A stretch of 64,000 bases of DNA, taken from Eledone cirrhosa (taxonomy: Eukaryota). The notes beneath the pieces were generated by a model. That model was not told where the DNA came from. It saw only the letters and a program-made list of their open reading frames with translations, and did not search any database. The DNA is taken from NCBI GenBank assembly GCA_964016885.1, contig OZ024740.1:379502001-379566000 (forward strand), written 5' to 3'. Shown here one piece after another: positions 26,988 through 39,005 of the stretch. The translations under genes and the position numbers were made by a program. How positions within the stretch are numbered: position 1 is the stretch's first letter; every line of letters starts with the position of its first letter.

Positions 26988-27529
26988 TAGTCCTTAATTA
27001 TGTGTGTGTGTGTGTGTGTGTGCATGTTTGTGTACGTGCGTAGGTATATCGGATTGTTTACAATCCGATTTACCTACGCACATATATGTATATATAGTTT
27101 ATTCGAAGTATCAATATAGAATCATTGTTTAGGCACATGTGACGCGGTTTCAATTATACCTTGAGCTGATCGATCGCGAAACGTGCGTCATATGTGGATA
27201 AACATAATGAATCTATATTGATACTTCGTTCCTGCTCATTATTATTATTAGTGGAAAAAAAAAAAAAAATTATCATCTCTCTCTCTTTATATATATATAT
27301 ATATATAATAAATGTAATCTGAGTTTTTCGAATATTAATAAGAACATTCGATTCGTTGCCAACACAAGAGCAAGAATGAAGTGATCATTCTATTGACATG
27401 GCTATAAAATTGAGGCTTGTTTGCATAATTGCAAACGAATCGAATGTTATTATTAATTCGAAAAAAGAAAATTTCGCTCTACATGACTGAATACAATAAA
27501 TGTAATCTGAGTTTTTCGAATATTAATAA

Positions 27530-27752
27530 TTGTTTATATTTTTAGGCACAAGGCCAGCATTTAACCAGTACATTACTGGTACTTTATTTTATCGACCCCG
27601 TAAGGATGAAAGGCAAAGTTAACCTCGGCGAGATTTGAACTCAGATCTTGAGTTCAAATCTCGCCGAGGTTAACTTTGCCTTTCGATAAAATAAGCACCA
27701 GTAATGCACTTGGATTATTGCTGGCCTTGTGCCAAAAAAGTAGAAACAATTA
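27530..27752. mobile_element. Inverted pair of 5'-truncated Meta-type SINEs forming a hairpin
   Basis: ...GATTTGAACTCA gatct TGAGTTCAAATC... at the centre; both SINE tails point outward. Confidence 0.8.
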
Positions 27753-27842
27753 TTATTATCACAAAATATCATCATTATTACTTTTCTATTAATATAATAA
27801 TATAATGCTTACAGAATGAAAATATAAACACAAATAAATAAT

Positions 27843-28045
27843 GTTTTCTGATTTAGGCACAAGGCCAACCATTTTAGGGAAGGGTAAAGTCGATTAAATT
27901 GGTTCCAGTGCATTACTGGTACTTTATTTTATCGACCCCGTAAGGATAAAAGGCAAAGTTAACCTCAGCAGGATTGGAACTTAGTACGTAAATGGCCGTA
28001 ACTATGCTACAAAGCAGGGTGTCCGACGCTCTACCGATACTGCCA
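27843..28045 (-). mobile_element. Meta-type SINE
   Basis: Same consensus as the other copies. Confidence 0.75.
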
Positions 28046-28498
28046 AACAATAAATTATTGCTAAGAACCTTATAAATATAATGCACAAAAAAATATAATG
28101 AAAGCGAGAGAAAAACAAAACAAAACAACAACAAAAAATCAATGCATTAACAAGTGTGTCAATCAGTCACACAACTCTCATGTCACTAATTTGTTTACAC
28201 TACGTAACTCACATGTCACTTCACAGCTATGTGTATTTGTTTACATAGTGTTGCTATATAACCAAACAGCTCACATGAGCTTATCTATCATAAGTCTGTG
28301 CGTGTTGGCTATGGCTAGCGTGGGAAGTTTGGAATTATAATATAGCTTTCTCTGCACAAATATTGGTGCCAACACTCTAATAACTGCGTAAAATCATAAC
28401 AATTAAAACCCTTAAAACCAAAAATTTACAAAATTACAAAGTCTAAGAAAAGCTCATTTGAAGTAGCACCATGCAGAATCATTACTCTTCTATGCGTT

Positions 28499-28680
28499 TA
28501 TTGGGGTGGCCAAAAAGTCCGTTCGTTTTTTTTTTTAAGCGAAAATAAGACAAGTTTCAAACACAAAGCGATCTATTCAATTATCGTTTTGTTCCAGTAT
28601 CTTCTGCCATCTTCTGGGCAAATCCATTATTCCCTGTTCAAAGAATTTACTGACTTTAACTGGCGAAAAACTCGATACAA
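28499..28680 (-). mobile_element. Tc1/mariner transposon remnant (TIR plus transposase C-terminus)
   Basis: TA-TTGGGGTGGCCAAAAAGT TIR-like end; the minus strand encodes FFEQGIMDLPRRWQKILEQ, typical of mariner C-termini. Confidence 0.7.
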
Positions 28681-29204
28681 GTTCGTGTCAAACTATGCTG
28701 AAATGTCAAGTATCTAACAAGTGCACATGCACAAAGGACAGACTGAAGATAGTTACTCATTACAGTGCTTAAAGTTAAGTGTTGACAAAAACCCAATAAA
28801 TATATTCTAAAAAATGTTAGAAAGATTCATCTTTTTATTATATATTCATTCACATCTAGGATGTATTACACTGATTTCTAATTTAGGTATAAGGCCAGCA
28901 AATTTGTAGGAAGGGCAAAGTTATTTAAATCAACCTCAGTAATTAACTGATACTTTATTTTATTGAACCCAGAAGGATGAAAGACAAAAATTAATCTTGG
29001 AGAGATTTGAACTCTACAAATACTGCAATAACATTCTATCCTAAGCTCTACCAGTTCTGCCCATCAACCATCCTTAAAAAGAGTCCTGCAGCAGCATAGG
29101 GCTGATACATTCTTTATTGTCTCAAAAAGACCTGTCCAACCAATACCAACATGGGAAAGCCAGTGTAAAGACAACGATGACAATGGCAATAATGGTAATG
29201 ATAA

Positions 29205-29395
29205 TAATTGTTTCTACTTTAGGCACAAGGCCAGCAATTACCCAGTGCATTACTGGTACTTTATTATATCGACCCCGTAAGGATGAAAGGCAAAGTCAAC
29301 CTCGGCGGGATTTGAACTCAGATTGTAAAGGGACGTAACTATGCTGGAAAGCATGGCATCCGACCCTCTACTGATACTGCCAATCCACCGCCCTT
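29205..29395 (-). mobile_element. Full-length Meta-type SINE
   Basis: A/B boxes, core and tail present; GGTAATGATAAT on both flanks. Confidence 0.8.
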
Positions 29396-30054
29396 GGTAA
29401 TGATAATGATGATGGTGAACATATTCCTAACAGTTAGGTGAACTGAGGTATATAGAATAAACTGTATTACACAAATAGGAAACAAAACTCCTAAATTGTT
29501 TTGTTCAAGATCTGATTATAAGGTGAGTGAGAGGGTTAAACATGATAATGAAGCATAAAAATTAGAGTAATTGGTGATTTTATGTGCATTTGTTTAGGAA
29601 ACATTCTGACGCCAGTAATAAGATCTCAGGTAACACCCTATCTCATTATAAACTAGTTAACTGTCAAGCCATGTGCTCACTCTCACACATACACTGTTAA
29701 TTAATGGAGTATTAAGCAACCTCTTACATCTCAAGTTGTGGGTGTTCCCTAAATCTGACTGTTTAAATGCTGGAAGAGACATGAATAATATTTTTAAAAA
29801 CTGCTATTTTTTCTCTGGTCATCTAGCTTTGAAGCTTCATATGAATACTATTGAAATGTTTTGGCTATTTGAATGTTAACACAGCTGTTTATGTCATACA
29901 CCAAGTATTTATAATGTTTGATAATTGCATAATACCCTTCTGTTCGTGTATTAAAGGACCACAAAATGAAATACAGTATTTCCTGTTTAGGTGGGAAGAT
30001 GAAGCATTTCTCTCTCTCTCTCTCTCGTTCTCCCTCTCTCTCTCTCTCGCTCTC

Positions 30055-30114
<60 letters not shown>

Positions 30115-32889
30115 TGTGTGTGCATTATCTTAATGTTTATTAAGAGTTACCATAGAAACAAGGAAAAGCTCTAGGGACCATTCAAGATAAAGCATCTAAA
30201 GAATGTTTCTGGGAAAATTTCACTGGAATGATTCCATAATTACTTTATCAAGGCTCATAGTATATTTATTTCAGAGCCACAAGCAAATGAAACACTACAT
30301 AAATCCAAAAATAAAAACATACATAATTTAGCTTAGTAGTGTCTTGTGTCTGTATGTAGATGTTGTGTATATAATGCATAACGGTAACAGTATGAACCAG
30401 TTGATGAAAGGTTGTCATCCCACCACTCACCCCTGTTCAATCACTCTGCCTCTCCAATGTGCAGAACCCTAGGCATATACCTCATCATGGTTCCAGACGG
30501 AATAGAGAAAGCATTACTCCAGAGGACAGCAAGAGTGATGTACTGAAAGAGCTTTTCCAATTAACAGAAATAATAAAGCAAACAAGATAGAACAATAAAG
30601 AAATATATTATTAGTTTTATGCTTGGTATAATAGGAAAAGAGTCTTAATGTTTCATATGTGAGTCCTTCATCAGAAAATAGAATGAGAAATTAAAGAAGA
30701 AATAGCAAGATTGTTGGCAAAAACGAAAAAAAGTATTTTTGGTAAAAAAAACAAGCCTTTCATGTTGCCATCTCTTGGAAAACTGTTGATCCTCATGTTT
30801 TGTTTTAAATGATCCCGTTTTAAAAGGTGGTGATTGAATGCATCTAGGTTACTATCTTTTGGAAAACTCGTTGATGCTGGCATTTTGTTTAAGATGATCT
30901 AGTTTTAAAAGGTGGTGATTGAACGCATGTAGGAAAAAAAATTGATTTGTAGATGTGTACATGTGTGTACGTGTGTGTTTCTTATTCGTTTGTACAAAGC
31001 TAAGAGGATATGCATGTGTATATGTAAGTTTAAGTGAGTGTGTAAGTGTGTGTGCATGTTTGTAAGTATGAAGCTGTGAGCATATATGAGTATATGTAAG
31101 GGTGTATATATATATATATATATATATATATGATAATAATGGAGCTGTGGCGCTGCAAATGGGTTACATATGAAAAAGTTTGTCCTCATCAGTGGCCATC
31201 CAACCGTCGTAGGCATTTCGTCGCATTAAAGGCCATATACCTCAGGTTGGTGCGAGCAACGGCTAAAAAAAAGTCGTTGGGACACGTAAATAAAGGGGAC
31301 GCTAGGGTAAACAAACAAAATGGTTTAAGCAGCAGAAAGAGAGGAAGAAGGAAACAAGTCCCAGATTTCTATGAATATAAATTCGGTGTAATCGTGAACG
31401 AGAGAATAAAGACCATCAAACCTGGTTGAAATGTGAGCAAGGAAGGAATTTCGCACAGGTCTAACAGGAGGAAGAAGGGGTCTGGTCTGCGAATTCGGTA
31501 AACATAAGTTCTGTGAAGTCGCAGACGAGAGAGAGAGAGAGAAAAAAATTCATACCGGCTTGGCAAAGTGCCCGCGAGAAAAGGATTGTGGACAGGTCAA
31601 ACGGGAAGAAAGGGGAGGAGGAGAGGTAGTGACAGAGAGTGAGTGAGTGAAAGGTGAGGAAGAGGCTAACAGAGAGAGAGAGACTGCTAGAAAGGGTAAA
31701 GACACAAAGAACGAAACAGACTGGTGGCAGCGGAGGAAAAAATATATGTGTAAATATGATAATAATGGAGCTGCGGCACTGCAAATGGGTTACATATGAA
31801 AAAGTTTGTCCTCATCAGTGGCCTTCCAACCGTCGTAGGCATTTCGTCGCATTAAAGGCCATAACCCATGCTAGCATGGAAGATGGACGTTAAACGATGA
31901 TGATGATGATATGTATATATCATTATCATTGTTTAACGTCTATATTCCATGGGGAGGACAGGTTGTCCCCTTTGTGAGAGATCAGGTTGGGGTACTGTGC
32001 TTCGCTCACACAGATCTGATTTTGGCTTGGTTTCTAAGGCTGGATGCCTTTCCTAATGCCAACCACATTTACAGTGTATGCTGGGTGCTTTTTCTCGTGA
32101 TGCCTACACAACCACTTTACAGTGTGAACTGAGTGCTTTTTGTCATGACGCTTACGCAACCACTTTACTGTGTGGAGTGGACATTTATATATATCCATCT
32201 GAACCACTTTAAATTTACAAATGCTACTTTTCTCAATGCTTACATTAACTCTTTTGATACCATCCTGCCTCTAGTTCTATGGAACAAAGCCACCCATTTT
32301 ATATATATAGTTCATATTTAAAGTAAAACCTTCCTACATATAAGAACCTTTTAAGTTATGCTCCAAATATGATCTCACCATCGTAATAATGAAATAATGA
32401 ATAATTTTAATAGATTTCTCCAAATCCCTCATAAATGAATTAAAATACTATGTATTCATTATGAATATGTCATCAAAAACAACGTAGCGATAAGAAACAT
32501 TGTAATTATGAGCATAACTCTTCATTATATGCTATCAGTAATGGGATATGAATTATGGACTTTATGATTTGCCACCTGATTTCTTTATGACTTCACCAGC
32601 TCAAATGCTTCTATTTTAATCCTTACATTAACACACTTCTAATAAATTACGCACTATTTCAATTAACTTATGAAGACTTATTAAGTATTTCATAACTAAG
32701 ATAGTAACTTAACATATGGTTCTTATATAAAATTATGTTTGAAGATTTTAATTTAAATAGGGACTCATTAAACTGGGTAGATTTGTTAAATATAACTGAA
32801 GCCAGTTTTGGATGGATTGGTATTAAAAGTGTTGAATTGATAACTGTAAATATTAGTGAGTTCTTAGTGGAATTGTAAGGAGATGCCAC

Positions 32890-33250
32890 TGCACCTTTTG
32901 AAATGAAATGAAAATTATTGTGTACAGTGCTCAGGTGCATTACCACTCATTAAAGGTATAGTACATAGAATAATGTACAAATGTCATGAAAGTGAACAGT
33001 GTATAAGTCATGATATACACACAGACACACACACATGCATGTGTGTGTATGGAGGGGAGTATTATGTGTAGTATTGGAGAATTTCGGGAAGCATGGAAGT
33101 TTTGAAGGATGCAGTGTCCTGACAGCTAACAACTGATAGAGGTAGTTTGTTCCATTCTTCAGCAACTCTGAGTGTGAAATAATCTTTCGAAAGTCATGGG
33201 GGCTGTACTGTTTTCTGATTTTGTAAGCATGTCCATGAGTGTTAGGCATA
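32890..33250 (-). mobile_element. CR1-like LINE 3' end
   Basis: NTHGHAYKIRKQ...TLRVAEEWNKLPLSVV...SFK motif. Confidence 0.7.
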
Positions 33251-33592
33251 TGTGAACTAATTCTTTACACTAACTAGTAATTAATCCAGTTGTATAAAAC
33301 CTTGAAGGCACATGGCTTAGTGGTTAAAGCATTGGGCTTGCAATCGAAAGGTTGTGAGTTCAATTCTCGGACCGGGTGATGTGTTGTTTCCTTGAGCAAG
33401 ACACTTTATTTCACGTTACTCCAGTTTACTCAGCTGTAGAAATGAGTACCAGCCTGCCCGCCCAGCCAGTGGGATGGCGTTATCTTATGGCTAAAACAGC
33501 ATGACGTGCTGTGACCAGCGGCGCCGACTGGTCGGTCAAGGTGATAAAACATTGAACACATGTTAATTATCATAATTAATATATTCTGACAG

Positions 33593-33725
33593 GAGATGAT
33601 GCTGGTTTTGAGAGCCAAATATATAACAACAAGATTTGTAAAACACCAAATCTTAACCAATTAGCAAAACGCAGTGTGGTCTTTAACAGAGCCTATGCTT
33701 CAGTCAGCAGTTGCTCTCCAAGTCG
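33593..33725 (+). CDS. SGSH: Sulfamidase exon 2 (not in the ORF track)
   Basis: AG/GT bounded; GDDAGFESQIYNNKICKTPNLNQLAKRSVVFNRAYASVSSCSPSR, containing the formylglycine CxPxR motif. Confidence 0.95.
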
Positions 33726-34100
33726 GTAAGTATATCTTAGTTTACTATATAAACTTTGATCTTTCAGCATCAGATTCCTTTTTTCAATTCTTTCAGTGCC
33801 AGATTCATTATTGCCTTTTCAATTTACATTTTGTACTCTGATATTTGATGAAATATTTGATCTTCAGCTAAAAAAAAAAGTATATATCTGTGTATGTGTG
33901 TGTAAATATTACTCTCTAACCACCCCCACCACCACCACCCCCACCTCCACCATCAACATCACTATTGTCACCTATCATAACGACCACTACTACATTTCCC
34001 TTTGACAGGAAGGCTACCTTTCTGCATAAACTCAGTGACCATTATGTCCTCTTAATTATATATATATTCTAAAGAATATTAAATTAATCAATTAAATATA

Positions 34101-37100
34101 ATTAAGTCAAAGATGTACATCCATATATGTATACTGAAATACTAGTATGTATATGAATACACACACGTATACATATGTAGATGTACCAAGTTTTTTTTCA
34201 CTGATCACTTTACTGTGAGTGGCCAGCTATTCTGTATGAAAAGAATAGCTGGCCACTCACAGTAAAGTGATCAGTGAAAAAAAACTTGGTACATCTACAT
34301 ATGTATACGTGTGTGTATTCATATACATACTAGTATTTCAGTATACATATATGGATGTACATCTTTGACTTAATTGTTTGAGCGTCAGTCATACAAAAGT
34401 GAGTTACAAACGAAACAAAATTTAATTTCGTTTCGTTATTTCTTTTTATCGTCTCCGTTGAACCGGTACTTACTCACACTCTATGCAAGTTGGTCTGCCC
34501 ACTACTAATTTTCATAGAAAAAGCATATAGCGATATGTGCTTTTACGATTCTCTAGAGAGGCCGGAAGATAGGTAAATATTGCTGATGAGTTGTAACAAC
34601 AACGAAACTAGTTCAATATTCCTTGTCTGGCTTTCTGGAGAATAGAGGAAAGGTGTTTCCTCAAAAACCAGTATGACTCTAAAAACCGGTTTGTCTGTGT
34701 GTTTACATACAGAATAGCTGGCCACTCACAGTAAAGTGATCAGTGAAAAAAAACTTGGTACATCTACATATGTATACGTGTGTGTATTCATATACATACT
34801 AGTATTTCAGTATACATATATGGATGTACATCTTTGACTTAATTGTTTGAGCGTCAGTCATACAAAAGTGAGTTACAAACGAAACAAAATTTAATTTCGT
34901 TTCGTTATTTCTTTTTATCGTCTCCGTTGAACCGGTACTTACTCACACTCTATGCAAGTTGGTCTGCCCACTACTAATTTTCATAGAAAAAGCATATAGC
35001 GATATGTGCTTTTACGATTCTCTAGAGAGGCCGGAAGATAGGTAAATATTGCTGATGAGTTGTAACAACAACGAAACTAGTTCAATATTCCTTGTCTGGC
35101 TTTCTGGAGAATAGAGGAAAGGTGTTTCCTCAAAAACCAGTATGACTCTAAAAACCGGTTTGTCTGTGTGTTTACATACAGAATAGCTGGCCACTCACAG
35201 TAAAGTGATCAGTGAAAAAAAGAAGAAAAAAAAACTTGGTACATCTACATATGTATACGTGTGTGTATTCATATACATACTAGTATTTCAGTATACATAT
35301 ATGGATGTACATCTTTGACTTAATTGTTTGAGCGTCAGTCATACAAAAGTGAGTTACAAACGAAACAAAATTTAATTTCGTTTCGTTATTTCTTTTTATC
35401 GTCTCCGTTGAACCGGTACTTACTCACACTCTATGCAAGTTGGTCTGCCCACTACTAATTTTCATAGAAAAAGCATATAGCGATATGTGCTTTTACGATT
35501 CTCTAGAGAGGCCGGAAGATAGGTAAATATTGCTGATGAGTTGTAACAACAACGAAACTAGTTCAATATTCCTTGTCTGGCTTTCTGGAGAATAGAGGAA
35601 AGGTGTTTCCTCAAAAACCAGTATGACTCTAAAAACCGGTTTGTCTGTGTGTTTACATACAGAATAGCTGGCCACTCACAGTAAAGTGATCAGTGAAAAA
35701 AAAACTTGGTACATCTACATATGTATACGTGTGTGTATTCATATACATACTAGTATTTCAGTATACATATATGGATGTACATCTTTGACTTAATTGTTTG
35801 AGCGTCAGTCATACAAAAGTGAGTTACAAACGAAACAAAATTTAATTTCGTTTCGTTATTTCTTTTTATCGTCTCCGTTGAACCGGTACTTACTCACACT
35901 CTATGCAAGTTGGTCTGCCCACTACTAATTTTCATAGAAAAAGCATATAGCGATATGTGCTTTTACGATTCTCTAGAGAGGCCGGAAGATAGGTAAATAT
36001 TGCTGATGAGTTGTAACAACAACGAAACTAGTTCAATATTCCTTGTCTGGCTTTCTGGAGAATAGAGGAAAGGTGTTTCCTCAAAAACCAGTATGACTCT
36101 AAAAACCGGTTTGTCTGTGTGTTTACATACAGAATAGCTGGCCACTCACAGTAAAGTGATCAGTGAAAAAAAAACTTGGTACATCTACATATGTATACGT
36201 GTGTGTATTCATATACATACTAGTATTTCAGTATACATATATGGATGTACATCTTTGACTTAATTGTTTGAGCGTCAGTCATACAAAAGTGAGTTACAAA
36301 CGAAACAAAATTTAATTTCGTTTCGTTATTTCTTTTTATCGTCTCCGTTGAACCGGTACTTACTCACACTCTATGCAAGTTGGTCTGCCCACTACTAATT
36401 TTCATAGAAAAAGCATATAGCGATATGTGCTTTTACGATTCTCTAGAGAGGCCGGAAGATAGGTAAATATTGCTGATGAGTTGTAACAACAACGAAACTA
36501 GTTCAATATTCCTTGTCTGGCTTTCTGGAGAATAGAGGAAAGGTGTTTCCTCAAAAACCAGTATGACTCTAAAAACCGGTTTGTCTGTGTGTTTACATAC
36601 AGAATAGCTGGCCACTCACAGTAAAGTGATCAGTGAAAAAAAACTTGGTACATCTACATATGTATACGTGTGTGTATTCATATACATACTAGTATTTCAG
36701 TATACATATATGGATGTACATCTTTGACTTAATTGTTTGAGCGTCAGTCATACAAAAGTGAGTTACAAACGAAACAAAATTTAATTTCGTTTCGTTATTT
36801 CTTTTTATCGTCTCCGTTGAACCGGTACTTACTCACACTCTATGCAAGTTGGTCTGCCCACTACTAATTTTCATAGAAAAAGCATATAGCGATATGTGCT
36901 TTTACGATTCTCTAGAGAGGCCGGAAGATAGGTAAATATTGCTGATGAGTTGTAACAACAACGAAACTAGTTCAATATTCCTTGTCTGGCTTTCTGGAGA
37001 ATAGAGGAAAGGTGTTTCCTCAAAAACCAGTATGACTCTAAAAACCGGTTTGTCTGTGTGTTTACATACAGAATAGCTGGCCACTCACAGTAAAGTGATC

Positions 37101-38210
37101 AGTGAAAAAAAACTTGGTACATCTACATATGTATACGTGTGTGTATTCATATACATACTAGTATTTCAGTATACATATATGGATGTACATCTTTGACTTA
37201 ATTGTTTGAGCGTCAGTCATACAAAAGTGAGTTACAAACGAAACAAAATTTAATTTCGTTTCGTTATTTCTTTTTATCGTCTCCGTTGAACCGGTACTTA
37301 CTCACACTCTATGCAAGTTGGTCTGCCCACTACTAATTTTCATAGAAAAAGCATATAGCGATATGTGCTTTTACGATTCTCTAGAGAGGCCGGAAGATAG
37401 GTAAATATTGCTGATGAGTTGTAACAACAACGAAACTAGTTCAATATTCCTTGTCTGGCTTTCTGGAGAATAGAGGAAAGGTGTTTCCTCAAAAACCAGT
37501 ATGACTCTAAAAACCGGTTTGTCTGTGTGTTTACATACAGAATAGCTGGCCACTCACAGTAAAGTGATCAGTGAAAAAAAACTTGGTACATCTACATATG
37601 TATACGTGTGTGTATTCATATACATACTAGTATTTCAGTATACATATATGGATGTACATCTTTGACTTAATTGTTTGAGCGTCAGTCATACAAAAGTGAG
37701 TTACAAACGAAACAAAATTTAATTTCGTTTCGTTATTTCTTTTTATCGTCTCCGTTGAACCGGTACTTACTCACACTCTATGCAAGTTGGTCTGCCCACT
37801 ACTAATTTTCATAGAAAAAGCATATAGCGATATGTGCTTTTACGATTCTCTAGAGAGGCCGGAAGATAGGTAAATATTGCTGATGAGTTGTAACAACAAC
37901 GAAACTAGTTCAATATTCCTTGTCTGGCTTTCTGGAGAATAGAGGAAAGGTGTTTCCTCAAAAACCAGTATGACTCTAAAAACCGGTTTGTCTGTGTGTT
38001 TACATACAGAATAGCTGGCCACTCACAGTAAAGTGATCAGTGAAAAAAAACTTGGTACATCTACATATGTATACGTGTGTGTATTCATATACATACTAGT
38101 ATTTCAGTATACATATATGGATGTACATCTTTGACTTAATTGTTTGAGCGTCAGTCATACAAAAGTGAGTTACAAACGAAACAAAATTTAATTTCGTTTC
38201 GTTATTTCTT
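34101..38210 (+). mobile_element. Tandem array of ~469-bp hammerhead-containing units (candidate non-LTR retrozyme) in SGSH intron 2
   Basis: Units start at 34242, 34711, 35180, 35661, 36131, 36601, 37070, 37539 and 38008 (last one partial); inverted 138-bp piece at 34101-34238; 13-bp TSD TCAATTAAATATA (34088-34100, 38211-38223). Confidence 0.88.
34571..34623 (+). ncRNA. Type I hammerhead ribozyme, unit 1 (copies start at 35040, 35521, 35991, 36461, 36930, 37399, 37868)
   Basis: AATATTG-CTGATGA-GTTGT aaca ACAAC-GAAA-CTAG-TT-CAATATT: 7-bp stem I, 5-bp stem II, intact CUGAUGA/GAAA core, palindromic short stem III; predicted cleavage after GUU at 34613. Confidence 0.9.
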
Positions 38211-38272
38211 TCAATTAAATATATTTTTGCTTCAAATCATGTTTTTTTTTTGTTTTTTCTTTTACCTTACAG

Positions 38273-38406
38273 TTCTACAATACTAACTGGGTTGCCACAA
38301 CACGAAAATGGCATGTATGGACTTCATCATAAGGTTCATCACTTCAACTCTTTTGACCATGTCAAAAGTTTACCCTTAATTTTACGGAAAGCTAATATAA
38401 GGACAG
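38273..38406 (+). CDS. SGSH: Sulfamidase exon 3
   Basis: [37 protein letters not shown]; AG/GT bounded, phases consistent. Confidence 0.95.
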
Positions 38407-38856
38407 GTGAGGAAATATTTATCATCATCATCATTTAACATACATTTCCCTGCAAAGGTAGCAGTTTGTACACAAATGGAGCCACAGACCTCCAGGTGGG
38501 CCTGACATACGATCACGACTGTACTTTATCAATTGGTCTGATGAGCCAGGGTCCCAACATGCTGTTTTGAACATACATAATTCGAAAATATTTTGTTTAA
38601 TACAAAAAAGTTGTAAAACATTTAAATGACCTTTTCACATAAAACTGCATCAGCTAATCTAAGGGAGACAATTCTACCCCCTACTGTTATTCATTTTCCT
38701 CAGTTTTCCCAACCTCCAGATAACTTGTAATACATCCTCGTAAACATCAATATATACAGGCACTTTTATATAATGGCCTTGAAGTTATTGAGGAACTCGT
38801 TTTCACCAGTATTTCTATATTACATAGTGATTCATAAAGATTTATTTAATATATAA

Positions 38857-39005
38857 GTAGACATGGGTGAATGGTTAAGAAGTTTACTTCAATCATGAGG
38901 TCCTGAGTTCAATTCCACTGACTAACATCTGAGCAAGTGTTTCTTACTATGGCCTTGAGTTGATCAAAGTTTTGTGGATATAAATGGGTAGATGGAAACC
39001 TGTTG
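38857..39005 (+). mobile_element. Decayed tRNA-derived SINE (third family)
   Basis: A-box-like TGGGTGAATGG, B-box GAGTTCAATTCC, TGAGCAAGTGTTTC core. Confidence 0.5.

Noticed and set aside
27168-27190. Hammerhead-like CTGATCGA...GAAAC in a hairpin loop
   Set aside because: Extra base in the core and no proper stem II.
34543-38022. Eight identical 60-aa minus-strand ORFs (MASYSVCKH...)
   Set aside because: By-product of the tandem unit; non-ATG start, no recognisable motif. The functional signal is the + strand ribozyme.
34242-38210. CRISPR array or plain satellite/rDNA
   Set aside because: No variable spacers and no rRNA/snRNA similarity visible; the TSD, 5' inversion and hammerheads indicate a retro-insertion.
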